DNA of 64,000 nt, taken from positions 9,808-73,807 of the IMG/VR virus record IMGVR_UViG_3300031555_007195; one strand, given 5' to 3'. Below, piece after piece: positions 8,706-19,199 of the stretch; positions within the stretch are counted from its first letter, which is position 1, and the number at the start of each line of letters is the position of its first letter. Under the pieces are notes generated by a model. The model ran no database searches, was not told where the DNA came from, and saw only the letters and a program-made list of their open reading frames with translations. The DNA comes from a virus. Lineage: Duplodnaviria; Caudoviricetes. A program made the translations under genes and the position numbers.

Positions 8706-9440
8706 TCATACATTTTTATTTCTTAAGTAGTTAGCTGTTTTTCGTGCAAGCCAGTAGCTGTTTGTGTCCTCTTCGAGTTTCTTAAGCCACAACGCACTGT
8801 CCGAGATGATTCCACGGTGGGCAAGTTCCCAAACGATGTCATTAACCGAAGTGAGTTCAGTTACGGTATCAGTTGTTGTATTGCCGGACAAGAGCTTCTT
8901 TACATCAGATCTAAAAGTATCCATGCTCTTGCCATGTTTCGGAAACCAATGCATAACATCGCCGTGGTTTGATGCGATACCTTTTTTATAACCTTCCGAA
9001 TGGCAAATGATATCTTTTTCGGTCAATCCGTATTCCTTGCAAAGGTAAGCACAAAGTTCAACCGCTTCTTTATAAACTGCATTGAAATATGTGCTATCGG
9101 ACAAACCATCCTCACAAATTTCAAAACCGATGTGAGTGTTGTTTGCCGAACCGCCTGCGTGCCAACCTCTGTGATTCCACGGCAAGGTTTGATACGTAGC
9201 AACAGACCCATCGGCAAGCTTACCGATGAATCCGTGAACACACACCTGAATACCACCGGGACGAGCTGTGTCCCAATGGTTACCATACTGATTCTTACCG
9301 ATTTTTCCGTCATCGGGAAGATAACGCTTGAGCCACGGATTGTTAGCTCCTGTGGAGTGAACCATGATACCTTTTACAGTAATCTTCTTTCCTGCCTTGT
9401 AGCAATCATTGTTTGTTAAAATAAGCTTATTTAGTTTCAT
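8706..9440 (-). CDS. Endolysin, N-acetylmuramoyl-L-alanine amidase
   Basis: IMVHSTGA, GWHAGG, IGFEICED and ICHSE motifs; adjacent to holin. Confidence 0.9.
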   Translation of the reverse strand: MKLNKLILTNNDCYKAGKKITVKGIMVHSTGANNPWLKRYLPDDGKIGKNQYGNHWDTARPGGIQVCVHGFIGKLADGSVATYQTLPWNHRGWHAGGSANNTHIGFEICEDGLSDSTYFNAVYKEAVELCAYLCKEYGLTEKDIICHSEGYKKGIASNHGDVMHWFPKHGKSMDTFRSDVKKLLSGNTTTDTVTELTSVNDIVWELAHRGIISDSALWLKKLEEDTNSYWLARKTANYLRNKNV

Positions 9441-9831
9441 TATTTTTACCATCCTTTCTTAATCTTGCAAGGGCATTCTTTATAGGTTCAGGAAGTGGAA
9501 GTCCCATCTGCCCCCAATTTTCAAGTATAGAAAATCCCTCGTTTGCTATGTAGTATGAAACTGTAACCGTGCGGAGTGCTGCACCATCAATCGCAATTAA
9601 CATATCAAGCTGTGTGGAAACTGCGACAATCAGCAGAATTCCGATTTTCTTGACTCCTCCAATATAGAACTTGTGAGAGTCAAACTCTTTCAAAACCCAT
9701 GCCTTTATAAATCCGCTTATGAAATCGATGATAATAAAAGCAATCAGAATTGAGAGCATAGTGTCCATACCTCCAAAAATGTATGCAAGAGATGTGCATA
9801 CTGCTGTGTAGAAAATTTTAAGTTTTTCCAT
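9427..9831 (-). CDS. Phage holin (toxin secretion/phage lysis family)
   Basis: TM segments, DFISG...K and NEGFSILEN...GLPLP motifs. Confidence 0.88.
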   Translation of the reverse strand: MEKLKIFYTAVCTSLAYIFGGMDTMLSILIAFIIIDFISGFIKAWVLKEFDSHKFYIGGVKKIGILLIVAVSTQLDMLIAIDGAALRTVTVSYYIANEGFSILENWGQMGLPLPEPIKNALARLRKDGKNNETK

Positions 9832-9834
9832 AAG

Positions 9835-10689
9835 TCATTCCTCCTTAAAAATCTGCAGATAGCTTTCGCTTTTTTCTGCACCGTAATAATGTAGAACTAA
9901 TATATAATAAGTAGTTCCGGCAGTGAGGTCGAAACTACGGTCATAAAAATATCCGTCATACAACTCTGTAAAATCAGAACTGTAAAAACGGAGTTCATGG
10001 TCACCCGATATTCTTTTTTCTTTAATCCGATATTTCCAGCTTGTATCAGGCGTAAATGTGTATAGCCAACTTGACTCGGATTCGGAAGTGTAGTAGTCGG
10101 AATAGACAGGGGCAATAGGTTTTAGAGTATCACCGACATTTGCGAATATCCCGGAGGCCTTAACAAGTTGACCATCAATATTTACATAAACTTCTGTAGG
10201 TTCCTGTTCAATTCCATAGTAGTTAGGAAATATGCCATAGTGGAAATTGCCTTGTGCCGGTGTTTTTACTTCAAAAGTTTCTGTAAGCATAATTTCTTCA
10301 ACGCTAAACCAGGATGACCATGTTCTTGATGAACCGGGATCGGATGAAGGTATCACAGCAAACATTGTGATATCGTAACCATTAATATCACAATCCAATG
10401 TATATAACCCGGTGTCAGGCATGGTAAATGTTTCAATATCAACCCATGAGCCATTTGATTTGCAAACCATAAAATCCCAACTTCGGTTATATATAGTTCC
10501 TGAACCTGTGTTTTCAACTTCGACATTGATTTTTAAATGTCTGCAAGCCGGTATCGTGTTATTAAACACCATTGGATATGTGTAACATCCATTCAGTTTC
10601 TTCTGCGAAGTTGCCCATTGATTTCCGAATCTTTTGTTTTCGTCATAACCGATATAGGGATAATTGTATGTAAAATTAACTGTAGCCAT
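9835..10689 (-). CDS. Tail fibre-associated / receptor-binding protein
   Basis: Position after the fibres; beta-rich, aromatic; GAGGTG RBS. Confidence 0.55.
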   Translation of the reverse strand: MATVNFTYNYPYIGYDENKRFGNQWATSQKKLNGCYTYPMVFNNTIPACRHLKINVEVENTGSGTIYNRSWDFMVCKSNGSWVDIETFTMPDTGLYTLDCDINGYDITMFAVIPSSDPGSSRTWSSWFSVEEIMLTETFEVKTPAQGNFHYGIFPNYYGIEQEPTEVYVNIDGQLVKASGIFANVGDTLKPIAPVYSDYYTSESESSWLYTFTPDTSWKYRIKEKRISGDHELRFYSSDFTELYDGYFYDRSFDLTAGTTYYILVLHYYGAEKSESYLQIFKEE

Positions 10690-10697
10690 ATCGCACC

Positions 10698-11315
10698 TCA
10701 AAAAACTTTTATTAAGATATCACCATAACTTGTGGTAGGTGGAGTATCACCGCTTGTCCATAGCACTATATTCCTTACTTGTTTCGTTGTATATGAAGTG
10801 TTTGAATATGCTGTGAGCTGTGCTGTCATTGTTGTGGCAGAGTTCTTTTTTACAAAGTTTGAATCAACATAGGTTTTGTTGGCTATATCATAGGAGTTTG
10901 ATGGATTTTGAACTCTTGCTCGACCGCTCGAATCACGCATCATTAGTGTACTTGCGGTGTATTCATTTGTGGCATTATTCATTTTTGTTTTATCGGTTGA
11001 GCTCATAAATCCATTAGCTGAGGCTGTTGCATTTGCATGAGACCCGTTATTGATGTGGGCGGCACATTGCTCAAGATTAACCGGAGGGTCAGACTGCCAA
11101 GAAGACTGTCCTGTTATTATCTTTATTCTGTTTGCAATCCATCCAAGAACAGTTTGAAGTTTACCTTTGGATGAGCTTCCGGGTGATTCGGTTGCAGAGA
11201 TTGACGGAGTCAAAGCTCCATCAATCTCGTCAAAGTTTTCATTCAAAACTGCAATATCAGCAGTGTCAGAATAAAGCGGTTTTTTGAGTAAATAATTAGT
11301 TGTTTCCTTTGGCAT
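10698..11315 (-). CDS. Tail fibre protein
   Basis: N-terminal TTNYLLKKP...DIAVLNENFDEID and ATASANGFMSSTDKTK motifs seen in Firmicutes phage fibres. Confidence 0.65.
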   Translation of the reverse strand: MPKETTNYLLKKPLYSDTADIAVLNENFDEIDGALTPSISATESPGSSSKGKLQTVLGWIANRIKIITGQSSWQSDPPVNLEQCAAHINNGSHANATASANGFMSSTDKTKMNNATNEYTASTLMMRDSSGRARVQNPSNSYDIANKTYVDSNFVKKNSATTMTAQLTAYSNTSYTTKQVRNIVLWTSGDTPPTTSYGDILIKVF

Positions 11316-11321
11316 AATTCA

Positions 11322-13286
11322 TCACTCCTTGAACCAAACAAGCACCTTGTCCTCTGAAACTCTCTTGAGAACAGGGTACCCGTTTTCAATTGATTTAACT
11401 GCAATTCCGTTTGGCCCCGGTCTGCAAATATCTCCACTTTGAAGTGTTCCATCATCATACACAACAAGTTTTCCGAGCACACCAACAGGAGACCATTCGG
11501 GTCTGTCTTTTCTGGGGATATATTCTTCCGAACTATCCCAAGCAGGATTAAGGATAGGTTGTCTTTCAATGTGTTCTTCGGAAATCAAGTTCATCTCCTC
11601 GTCATACTCTGCAGGAACAACTACATCGTGATACTGAATTCTTCCAAAGTCGTCCGTTACATATTTACCTTTCCAGTGCATCTCACCGCTGTCACCGATA
11701 ATTGCAGGCATTGCAGAAATGATACCAAGCGGTTTATCAAACTCACTGCATTTTACGATTTTTTCACCATCAAGTTTTACGAAATATCCGACACGGTCCT
11801 CGGCATTGAGGTTTCCGTCCGCCCATTCAAAATATTCTGCATAGTCGGCACAAGGAGATGTGTATTCAGCATCAGCGTGAACACTACCATCGGATAAAAC
11901 TTTGAATGCAAGACCGGGAGTTTTATGTCCGGTACCGTTTGCAAGTGCGAGTGAATATGGTTCTGTTGTCATTCCGTATTTCCCCCAAATGTTAGAACCT
12001 TCAGCGCCGGCGATAGTGTAGTATCCGTTTGCGTTAGTATATTTACCGCTTGCAATAGAATAATATCCTCCAGCACAAGAAGCGTTGGCATATGAGGTAG
12101 ATGTGTCAACAACAAAAATTATTCCGTCTGGAAATAATTGATATGCATAGTTACCACTGCTACCAAGATATGCTTCACTATCAAGGTATATAGTGTTTCC
12201 GCTAACGGAACTTATGTTAAGTTCGGCATATATTATAGTATTGTTTGTGTTGAAGCAACGGAGAATTATTTTATGTGACGATGTTATTCCCGATAAAGAA
12301 TATGTGGGGTCTATGGTCAAAGTTTTTGCAGTTCTGTTTATTCCTGTGCATTTAAGAGGTCTACCGTATGTTTTTGCATAATATCCCATTGCAAAAGAAT
12401 ATGGAGTATACGCATAAGCGTAGTTAAATGCAGCTCCGTATTCAGCCTCGCTTTTGGCATAGTTTGCAGAAAAAGCATTATGCTTTGAGGCGGTTGAATA
12501 TCCAAATGCAGATGAGTAACTTCCGCTTGCAGATGCTGAATTTGCTGCAAAAGAATATCCACCTTTTGCATTACCGGAATTTACACTTATGCTATTAGTT
12601 CCAAATGCTGCTCCGCCCAAACACAAGCCGCCGTCAGTGTTGTCTAAAAGATAATGCTCGTTCAACGGAATGCAGGTGTGAAGATATGTATAATCCTCGA
12701 CGGTGTGATTATTATCAGGCGGTTCGGATGAAATTTCAACTCCTGAAATTTTCATACATTCGCTGCTCTCATCGATTTCGGTTATTTCTCCGATAGTTAA
12801 TCCGGAATATACGGAAACATAATCATCCCAGTTGTCGTTAGCCCACATTTTGCATAAATTTATGACTATTTTATCGCCAACCTTGAACGGCAACGAAAAA
12901 TCAGTCGGCTCTTCATCATAAAAATAGTAGTAATAATACAGGATATTGTTAGATGTATCAAAGTACGGAAAATACAATTCAAAATCAAGAGTTTTGCTTT
13001 TTGAAATATTGTCCGTTATTATAGCCAGGTTGCTACCTACAATACAATTATCTGAGCCTATGATAAGATTGTTATTACCATACACAACATTATTTTCGCC
13101 AATAATTACATTGTCCGAACCATCAACATACATTTGTTTCCCCATAATATTTTGGATAGAACCACCATTTTGGTAAAGCTCGTTAATTGCTGTTACAATT
13201 GTTTTTGCGGTAGTTCTTAATTTTGCAACATCACCGACTTCATCATAGGTTGCAAGACCTATGTCGTTAGGATGTATTTCTGCCAT
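11322..13286 (-). CDS. Tail spike/fibre with YadA-like repeats and C-terminal peptidase G2-type intramolecular chaperone
   Basis: Repeated SxAxG/AFNY units; ADYAEYFEW...GIIS...RKDRPEWSPVGVLGKL C-terminus. Confidence 0.78.
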   Translation of the reverse strand: MAEIHPNDIGLATYDEVGDVAKLRTTAKTIVTAINELYQNGGSIQNIMGKQMYVDGSDNVIIGENNVVYGNNNLIIGSDNCIVGSNLAIITDNISKSKTLDFELYFPYFDTSNNILYYYYYFYDEEPTDFSLPFKVGDKIVINLCKMWANDNWDDYVSVYSGLTIGEITEIDESSECMKISGVEISSEPPDNNHTVEDYTYLHTCIPLNEHYLLDNTDGGLCLGGAAFGTNSISVNSGNAKGGYSFAANSASASGSYSSAFGYSTASKHNAFSANYAKSEAEYGAAFNYAYAYTPYSFAMGYYAKTYGRPLKCTGINRTAKTLTIDPTYSLSGITSSHKIILRCFNTNNTIIYAELNISSVSGNTIYLDSEAYLGSSGNYAYQLFPDGIIFVVDTSTSYANASCAGGYYSIASGKYTNANGYYTIAGAEGSNIWGKYGMTTEPYSLALANGTGHKTPGLAFKVLSDGSVHADAEYTSPCADYAEYFEWADGNLNAEDRVGYFVKLDGEKIVKCSEFDKPLGIISAMPAIIGDSGEMHWKGKYVTDDFGRIQYHDVVVPAEYDEEMNLISEEHIERQPILNPAWDSSEEYIPRKDRPEWSPVGVLGKLVVYDDGTLQSGDICRPGPNGIAVKSIENGYPVLKRVSEDKVLVWFKE

Positions 13287-13930
13287 TATTCATTCCTCCT
13301 TGCATAAGCATTTGTTCCGTCCCACACAACTCTGCCGTTACCATCATTACTGCTTGCATAATAAACTTGACCTTCATCGGTGATGTTCAGTACCTTTTTG
13401 TGTTCAAACACCAATACTTCATCCCAAGTATAATTTTTTACTGTTGTCCAATTTTGGAGAGTATCTATGACATCTTCCCAAAGTCTGTAAGTGAAGATAT
13501 ATTCAACAGCCAAGTGTGCAGGTTTTATTTCCTCAATCATTGCTTGAATGTCGGCGATGTTATACGGAATACCTGTTCTTGATGTGAATTTAACAGCAAA
13601 GCAATATTCAGACGGATATTCAATTATTTCTATATCTCCGTTTATAAAGGATGCAGCTACATTTTTAACCATCTTTTTTGTAACTGTACCCGTACCACGA
13701 AGTTTTGATAAAACTCGACCTCGGCGTGTATCAAGGTCAGCTGATGGGTCCGGGGCAAGACCAACATCCTGTTCGTGTTTTTGGATGTTTTCATCAGAAA
13801 GAACAACAAAGAACTGATTTTCTGTAAGGCTTACTTGGGCTTTCAACCTTTCCATTTCAAGTTCAATGCTGTTCAATAATTCATTCATTACTTTTGATTT
13901 TCTATAATATGATGGCATTTTCTTAAGCAA
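13286..13930 (-). CDS. Baseplate protein (XkdU/DUF2313-like)
   Basis: RRGRVLSKLRG and IEEIKPAHLAV motifs; follows baseplate J. Confidence 0.75.
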   Translation of the reverse strand: MLKKMPSYYRKSKVMNELLNSIELEMERLKAQVSLTENQFFVVLSDENIQKHEQDVGLAPDPSADLDTRRGRVLSKLRGTGTVTKKMVKNVAASFINGDIEIIEYPSEYCFAVKFTSRTGIPYNIADIQAMIEEIKPAHLAVEYIFTYRLWEDVIDTLQNWTTVKNYTWDEVLVFEHKKVLNITDEGQVYYASSNDGNGRVVWDGTNAYARRNE

Positions 13931-14957
13931 TGGAAATCACCCCCAAAACAGGAACTTCGGTTTCACCGATATCAATGTTGTCAATACCACCATTTAAAGT
14001 AAGGTCACTATAGTCATTGATTTCAGCACAACTTAAGATACAGCCACCGATTTGTGCATAGGATATGTAAGTACCTGTGAATGCATTTTTTTGCAGATAT
14101 CTTGTGATACTTTCCGAAATCTTTGTTCTTGCGGTTTCGATATCAACACCATTTGCAAGGACAAGAGAAACATCGATATCAAGAACAAGCGGAGTTGCAC
14201 TTTCAACTGTAACCTCGGCTCCGATAGGTCTGTTTTCTTCAATGTGATTTTTAACCTCGGTGATAAGTTCCTCACTTGCTGCACCCTTATCGGAGTTTAT
14301 TATGATAACCTTAACAGTACCATTGCCGTTCCATAACGGTAGACACTTCGCATCACCAACACCGCTGATTTCTTTTGCCCACATAATGTAGTGATATTTA
14401 CTGCCGGATGTTGCCGGAAGTGATACTTTTTCAAAGTAACGCTCACGGAGTTCATCGTCAGTTTCTTCATCAAAGCCATCCTCGGCAGCGGTTTCATTTA
14501 TAACTGACACCAATCCTGACAAAGTTACCGGGAATCGATTTATTGCACCAATTGGAACATTACCGATTTTGCCCGGTGTATCACATTGTGCAGTAACAGT
14601 TGCTGTGCCCGTTTCTTCAAGGGTAGCATTTTGGGTCACAGTAAAAACAAGGGTATCAGATGCAACCTTATCACCGCTTGAAATCTTGCTTCCCGGTGTT
14701 CCCATGACAGTAATACTTACAATTGCATTTGTTGCAGGTTTTCTCACAATACCTTGTTCGGCAACTTTGGTATCAAGGTATGTACCTTTTGCAGTAAGAG
14801 CAAAACCATTCTTAAGAATTTCTTCAACTCTTACATAAATCTCTGCAAGTTGTTCAGAGAGAGGTCTGTCAACATCATAAAAAAATGAGCCGACAGTCTT
14901 GTCGAACTCATCACTAATCTGTGACAGTAAGCGTGATAGAATTTGCTCCTGATTCAC
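13923..14957 (-). CDS. Baseplate J/gp47 protein (XkdT-like)
   Basis: GNVPIGAI, GFDEETDDELRER, WAKEISGV and GTVKVII motifs. Confidence 0.9.
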   Translation of the reverse strand: MNQEQILSRLLSQISDEFDKTVGSFFYDVDRPLSEQLAEIYVRVEEILKNGFALTAKGTYLDTKVAEQGIVRKPATNAIVSITVMGTPGSKISSGDKVASDTLVFTVTQNATLEETGTATVTAQCDTPGKIGNVPIGAINRFPVTLSGLVSVINETAAEDGFDEETDDELRERYFEKVSLPATSGSKYHYIMWAKEISGVGDAKCLPLWNGNGTVKVIIINSDKGAASEELITEVKNHIEENRPIGAEVTVESATPLVLDIDVSLVLANGVDIETARTKISESITRYLQKNAFTGTYISYAQIGGCILSCAEINDYSDLTLNGGIDNIDIGETEVPVLGVISIA

Positions 14958-15354
14958 CTAAATACACCTCCAATGTAACTGTGATTGAATTGGCATCCCT
15001 TGTAAGTTGAAAGCCACTTACATTTGAAATTTGAGGATTTTGAAGTAGAGCTTCTTCGATTTCTCTTTTCAGCTCGGCTTCAATGAATTCTACGGTATAA
15101 TTGTTGCCGATGATTAAATCCTCTAAATGACATCCATATTCGGTGTCATCATATATTGGGTATCTGCTTTTTTCTGTTCGGATTATTTTTTCAATCCATA
15201 CACGGATTGCTTCAACTCCATCACACACAACGAGCTTACCATCACGAACAACAAAGTCACCCTTTTCAAAATCGAAAAGGTATGTCTTTGTGCCGTTGGA
15301 AACAACTGTATCATTATTGGGGACAGTTGAATCTTGCGTTTCCGGGAACATCAT
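14914..15354 (-). CDS. Baseplate wedge protein (XkdS/DUF2634-like)
   Basis: FDFEKGDFV, EAIRVWIEKIIRTEKSRYPIY and EIEEALLQNP motifs. Confidence 0.8.
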   Translation of the reverse strand: MMFPETQDSTVPNNDTVVSNGTKTYLFDFEKGDFVVRDGKLVVCDGVEAIRVWIEKIIRTEKSRYPIYDDTEYGCHLEDLIIGNNYTVEFIEAELKREIEEALLQNPQISNVSGFQLTRDANSITVTLEVYLGESGANSITLTVTD

Positions 15355-15617
15355 CGCACCACTCCAATCACTATAAATTTTTGATAGTTTGAGAAAGGAA
15401 GTAAAACAACTTCTTTTCCTAAATGTATATAATCGCCTTCATAGTTTTGCTCCTTAAGATTAAAGAGACAATCCAAATGGCTGTCGTTTAATATAACCTT
15501 TTCATTAATGCGGATTTTGGTTTGAGGTAGCTCAATTATTCTGCCGAACATAGGTGAGTACCCAGCTTCATTATTTCGTTCTTTGAACAGTTTAGCAAGT
15601 TCTGTTATACCATTCAT
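15351..15617 (-). CDS. Tail protein (XkdR/DUF2577-like)
   Basis: Size, position and GKEVVLLP...QKFIVIG ending. Confidence 0.65.
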   Translation of the reverse strand: MNGITELAKLFKERNNEAGYSPMFGRIIELPQTKIRINEKVILNDSHLDCLFNLKEQNYEGDYIHLGKEVVLLPFSNYQKFIVIGVVR

Positions 15618-16570
15618 GCTGACCACCGCCTTAAATCAAGTTTTACATAATGGATGCCTTTTTTAATACTGTGTCCGCTGCCTTCAATGAGATAATTTTT
15701 ATCCTCAATAGTGATTATCATTCCGGCTCTTGTGTAGCTGTTTATTGCTTCTATGATTTCACAAGAGAATGATTCTTTCTTTTTATTGAGTTCGACAAGC
15801 TGCGTATCTGCCACAGTATTGGCATTTTCTTTTTCAGGGTCTATTTTCACAACCTTCTGTAGTAGACCATACTTTGTAATATTTGTCTCATCCCTCTTGG
15901 TTGCAAGCAAGGAATATACATTGTCTTTTTCGGATACAACCTTTATACTGTTTTTCATTTCATCAATACTTGTAGAATGAGAAACACCGCCTCGTAGAAG
16001 CGGTGAGAAAATAAGATGTGTATTAGGTGTAATCCGAAATTCAGGGTAAGCATAAAACTCACCATATTTATAAATCCTTACACCCTTTGGGGTGACATCA
16101 AGGTTATAACCGCCACCACAAAGGTCAAGGATATCTTTGATTATATCTGAAAGCACCTTGTCAAGATAAAGCTGTGTAATTTCAGTATTCAGATCGGGAA
16201 TGCTCTCTATTGGAATGCCATAGTCCTCACATATTTTTGTGATGGCTTTTTTTGCAGTCATTTTATTGAACTGATATGTCTCGGATGACTTATTAAGATA
16301 CCATCCGAAATCGCATGAGGTATATTTGTTTACTATATCAGAACCATCGTCAACAGAAATAATAATCCCTTTATAGATTTCCCCTCCTGTTACTATGCTT
16401 ACAATGCTGCCCTCAACAGGGGCATAGAAATTTAAATATTTTGTATCGGTTTTTGCCACTTCAAAAGAAAGTGATGTAGCAAGTTCATCAAGAGTATTTT
16501 GCCATGATACATTTCCGGCATATGCTGTTATATCAATGCCGTCTGCAATTATCTGAAATTCACTCACCAA
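15614..16570 (-). CDS. Baseplate hub protein (XkdQ/YqbQ-like)
   Basis: Position in the Xkd-like tail; SIDEMKNSIKVV and KYGLLQKV motifs. Confidence 0.75.
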   Translation of the reverse strand: MVSEFQIIADGIDITAYAGNVSWQNTLDELATSLSFEVAKTDTKYLNFYAPVEGSIVSIVTGGEIYKGIIISVDDGSDIVNKYTSCDFGWYLNKSSETYQFNKMTAKKAITKICEDYGIPIESIPDLNTEITQLYLDKVLSDIIKDILDLCGGGYNLDVTPKGVRIYKYGEFYAYPEFRITPNTHLIFSPLLRGGVSHSTSIDEMKNSIKVVSEKDNVYSLLATKRDETNITKYGLLQKVVKIDPEKENANTVADTQLVELNKKKESFSCEIIEAINSYTRAGMIITIEDKNYLIEGSGHSIKKGIHYVKLDLRRWSA

Positions 16571-16578
16571 ACCACCTC

Positions 16579-16974
16579 CTATAAAAGCGGAACTTCACCA
16601 AGCGTAATACTATAATTCATATCACCGTCTTTTTTTATACTGTATGAAAAGTCATCTATGCAGCAAGCCATATTGATTGGTGTGTCGGTGATAATCAGCC
16701 TGATGGGAAGTTTTTGTTTGACCCATGTGTCTATGGTATAGAGGTAACCGAAAGCCGTGTCACTTCTGTCACGAAGAAACGGGTAATCACGAACCGGGAA
16801 GAAACTGCTCCACGATATACTCTTTAGAGCAGGTTTCCCGATAAGTTTTAATTGTCCTTGAGTTACAGTTTCAAAAGTTTCATTTGATTGTGGTTTTGAA
16901 ACTGTAAATTCAGGAGGAAGAACAGGCAAACGGAGTACCTGTTCTCGGTTATTAACACTCAAATAAATATCCAT
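16579..16974 (-). CDS. XkdP-like tail protein (no LysM visible)
   Basis: LRLPVLPPEF, SWSSFFP and DGDMNYSITL motifs. Confidence 0.7.
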   Translation of the reverse strand: MDIYLSVNNREQVLRLPVLPPEFTVSKPQSNETFETVTQGQLKLIGKPALKSISWSSFFPVRDYPFLRDRSDTAFGYLYTIDTWVKQKLPIRLIITDTPINMACCIDDFSYSIKKDGDMNYSITLGEVPLL

Positions 16975-16986
16975 TTGTCTGCCTCC

Positions 16987-19017
16987 TTATAGATTTGATA
17001 GTGCAAATTTCAACTTTGGCATTAGCTCATCAATAATATCTTCCACAGCCTTGCCATCTGCATAGATATTGATGTTGAAATGATTCTCTGCCTTTTGCGG
17101 TGCTTTCTGTGCAAGAGGTGTAACCTGTGCTCCTCTTGGTAAGGTCAACATTTCGGGGCCTTTTTCACCGACAATAACGGTACCGTCTGTTCGGATTGTA
17201 CCACCTTTTGCAAGGAGTGGAATCTGCGGAGCGGTGAAGGTAGGAATAGCCGGAATGCCGACAGCACCCGTTACCTTGTTGATTCCGTTAATAAGTCCGT
17301 TGACACCTGAAACAGCACCACGAATCATAGAATTGATGGCTGAAATGATACCGTTAATAGCACCTTTTATAGCACCAACAATTCCGTTCCATACATTTTT
17401 GATTGCGTTTCCGATGCCCGTGAATACGGAAGTGCAAGCAGATGAAATTGTGTTCCAAGCTCCACTTAAGAAGCCTGTGATTCCGTTCCAAACTGACATC
17501 ACAGTATTTTTGATTCCTTCCCACAAGCCGGAGAAGAATGAACCGATTGCCGAGCCGACAGAAACGAAGAAATCACCAACCGCTTGAAATGCGTTTTTAC
17601 ACCAAGCACAGATTGAGTCCCAATTCATCCACATCGCAACACCAATGGCGATAAGGGCACCGATAGCAACAATGATAATACCGATTGGATTCGCAGTAAG
17701 CGCCACATTTAATGCCCACTGTGCCGCAGTACAAATGCCCTGACAAATTGCCCAAGCATTCTGAACAAGGTTAATAGCAAGAACGGCCCCTTTATATACA
17801 AGGATTGCTCCGGCTATACCTGCGATGATTGGAGCTATCAAACCCCAATTATTAACAAAGAACTCAAACACAGCCGTAGCTCCTGCAACAACCCCTGCAA
17901 GGGCATCTACAATAAACGGCAGTCCTACATCCTTAACCCAATTAAGTGCGGGTTTACAAAACTCAAATGCAGAAAAAAGAGCATTCTTCAGTATTCCAAG
18001 AATCGTAAGAATACCGCTGAATGCACCCGAATTCGCCACTACTGCGTTTTTTATATTTGTAAATGCTGATACACCAAAATTCCATACCGCTTGAAATGCT
18101 GTAGCAAGAGGCGGCAGAACATTGTCTTTAATCCATACAAGTGGAACTTTTACGGCATTTACTGCGTTTGTCATAAACTGTTGAGCTTGAGGAATTTTTG
18201 ATGCCATGAATGTAACAACACTTGTTACTGCAGGTAGTACCGCATAACCAACAATGTCTTTTACCGAACCCCACGCATTTTTTAACTGTATAACCTTTCC
18301 TTCAGGAGTGTTTGCCATGTTTTCTGCCAAGCCTCCGAAGTTCTGATTTAACACTTCAATAAGGGTTGCTGTTCGTTCTGACTCTGTCCCTGTTTTAAGG
18401 ATTTGTCCTTGTGCTTCTGTAAAAGAAACACCTACACGGGAAAGAGCACCAACTTGACCTTGCATAACCTTACCAACGAGGTTTGCGGTTTGAATCATCT
18501 GCTCTTGAGATACATTCACACCATATGTACCAACAGCGAGGTTCTGAATAGAAGGAAGTAAGTCCTTTATTGATGATGATTGGAGCTGAAATGTTGCAAG
18601 CTGTGATGCACCTGCAACTGTAGCATCACCTTCTATGGTTGTTACGAGTTCAAGTGCATCACCATAAGCAATAATTTCATCAACTTGTGCTTGGGTTGTT
18701 CCTTGCACATTCATCATAAGCGTTCCAAGACGCTCATTAGCTCGTTCAAGCTCCATAACCCCGGTTACACAGTCAGTTACAAAGTCTTTAGCTTGGCTGA
18801 ATCCGGCATAAGCCGCAACAACCCCGGTTACTTTTTTAGCGAGACCTGCGAGGGTATCCCCGGTGGTCTTGCTTTGAGTACCCATTTTCTTAAGACTTCC
18901 TGTAGCATTTGTGGTGTTGTTTTTTAGGTTTTTCAAGCCGTTAATGGCATTCTTTATCCCGGTAGTAAAGTTACCGTCCTTGATGGACAAGGTTGCACCG
19001 ATATTTTTCTTTGCCAT
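16987..19017 (-). CDS. Tape measure protein
   Basis: 676 aa Ala/Gly-rich; ALTANPIGIII and GPEML motifs; follows the chaperone. Confidence 0.88.
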   Translation of the reverse strand: MAKKNIGATLSIKDGNFTTGIKNAINGLKNLKNNTTNATGSLKKMGTQSKTTGDTLAGLAKKVTGVVAAYAGFSQAKDFVTDCVTGVMELERANERLGTLMMNVQGTTQAQVDEIIAYGDALELVTTIEGDATVAGASQLATFQLQSSSIKDLLPSIQNLAVGTYGVNVSQEQMIQTANLVGKVMQGQVGALSRVGVSFTEAQGQILKTGTESERTATLIEVLNQNFGGLAENMANTPEGKVIQLKNAWGSVKDIVGYAVLPAVTSVVTFMASKIPQAQQFMTNAVNAVKVPLVWIKDNVLPPLATAFQAVWNFGVSAFTNIKNAVVANSGAFSGILTILGILKNALFSAFEFCKPALNWVKDVGLPFIVDALAGVVAGATAVFEFFVNNWGLIAPIIAGIAGAILVYKGAVLAINLVQNAWAICQGICTAAQWALNVALTANPIGIIIVAIGALIAIGVAMWMNWDSICAWCKNAFQAVGDFFVSVGSAIGSFFSGLWEGIKNTVMSVWNGITGFLSGAWNTISSACTSVFTGIGNAIKNVWNGIVGAIKGAINGIISAINSMIRGAVSGVNGLINGINKVTGAVGIPAIPTFTAPQIPLLAKGGTIRTDGTVIVGEKGPEMLTLPRGAQVTPLAQKAPQKAENHFNINIYADGKAVEDIIDELMPKLKFALSNL

Positions 19018-19199
19018 TAGCTCTCACCACCTGTCAATGCCTTATATTTTTCAAGCTCGTCCTCCATAAAGATTTCATAACAACCTTTATAAAACAGCTT
19101 TTCAGCAAATGGTAAGTTTATAATCTTTTCAGGGACGATTCCTCGATTAAGGAAGTGACAGAGCATGGCAAGCTCTCCGTCACCTCTTATGAGTTTTTT
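19017..19199 (-). CDS. -1 frameshift extension of the tail assembly chaperone (G-T type)
   Basis: A AAA AAC heptamer at 19199-19193; -1 frame is open for 58 codons to TAA 19019-19017, overlapping the tape measure ATG. Confidence 0.75.
   Translation of the reverse strand, partial: KKLIRGDGELAMLCHFLNRGIVPEKIINLPFAEKLFYKGCYEIFMEDELEKYKALTGGES

Noticed and set aside
9835-13286. Diversity-generating retroelement or invertible tail-fibre cassette
   Set aside because: No reverse transcriptase, no TR/VR pair and no flanking inverted repeats seen.
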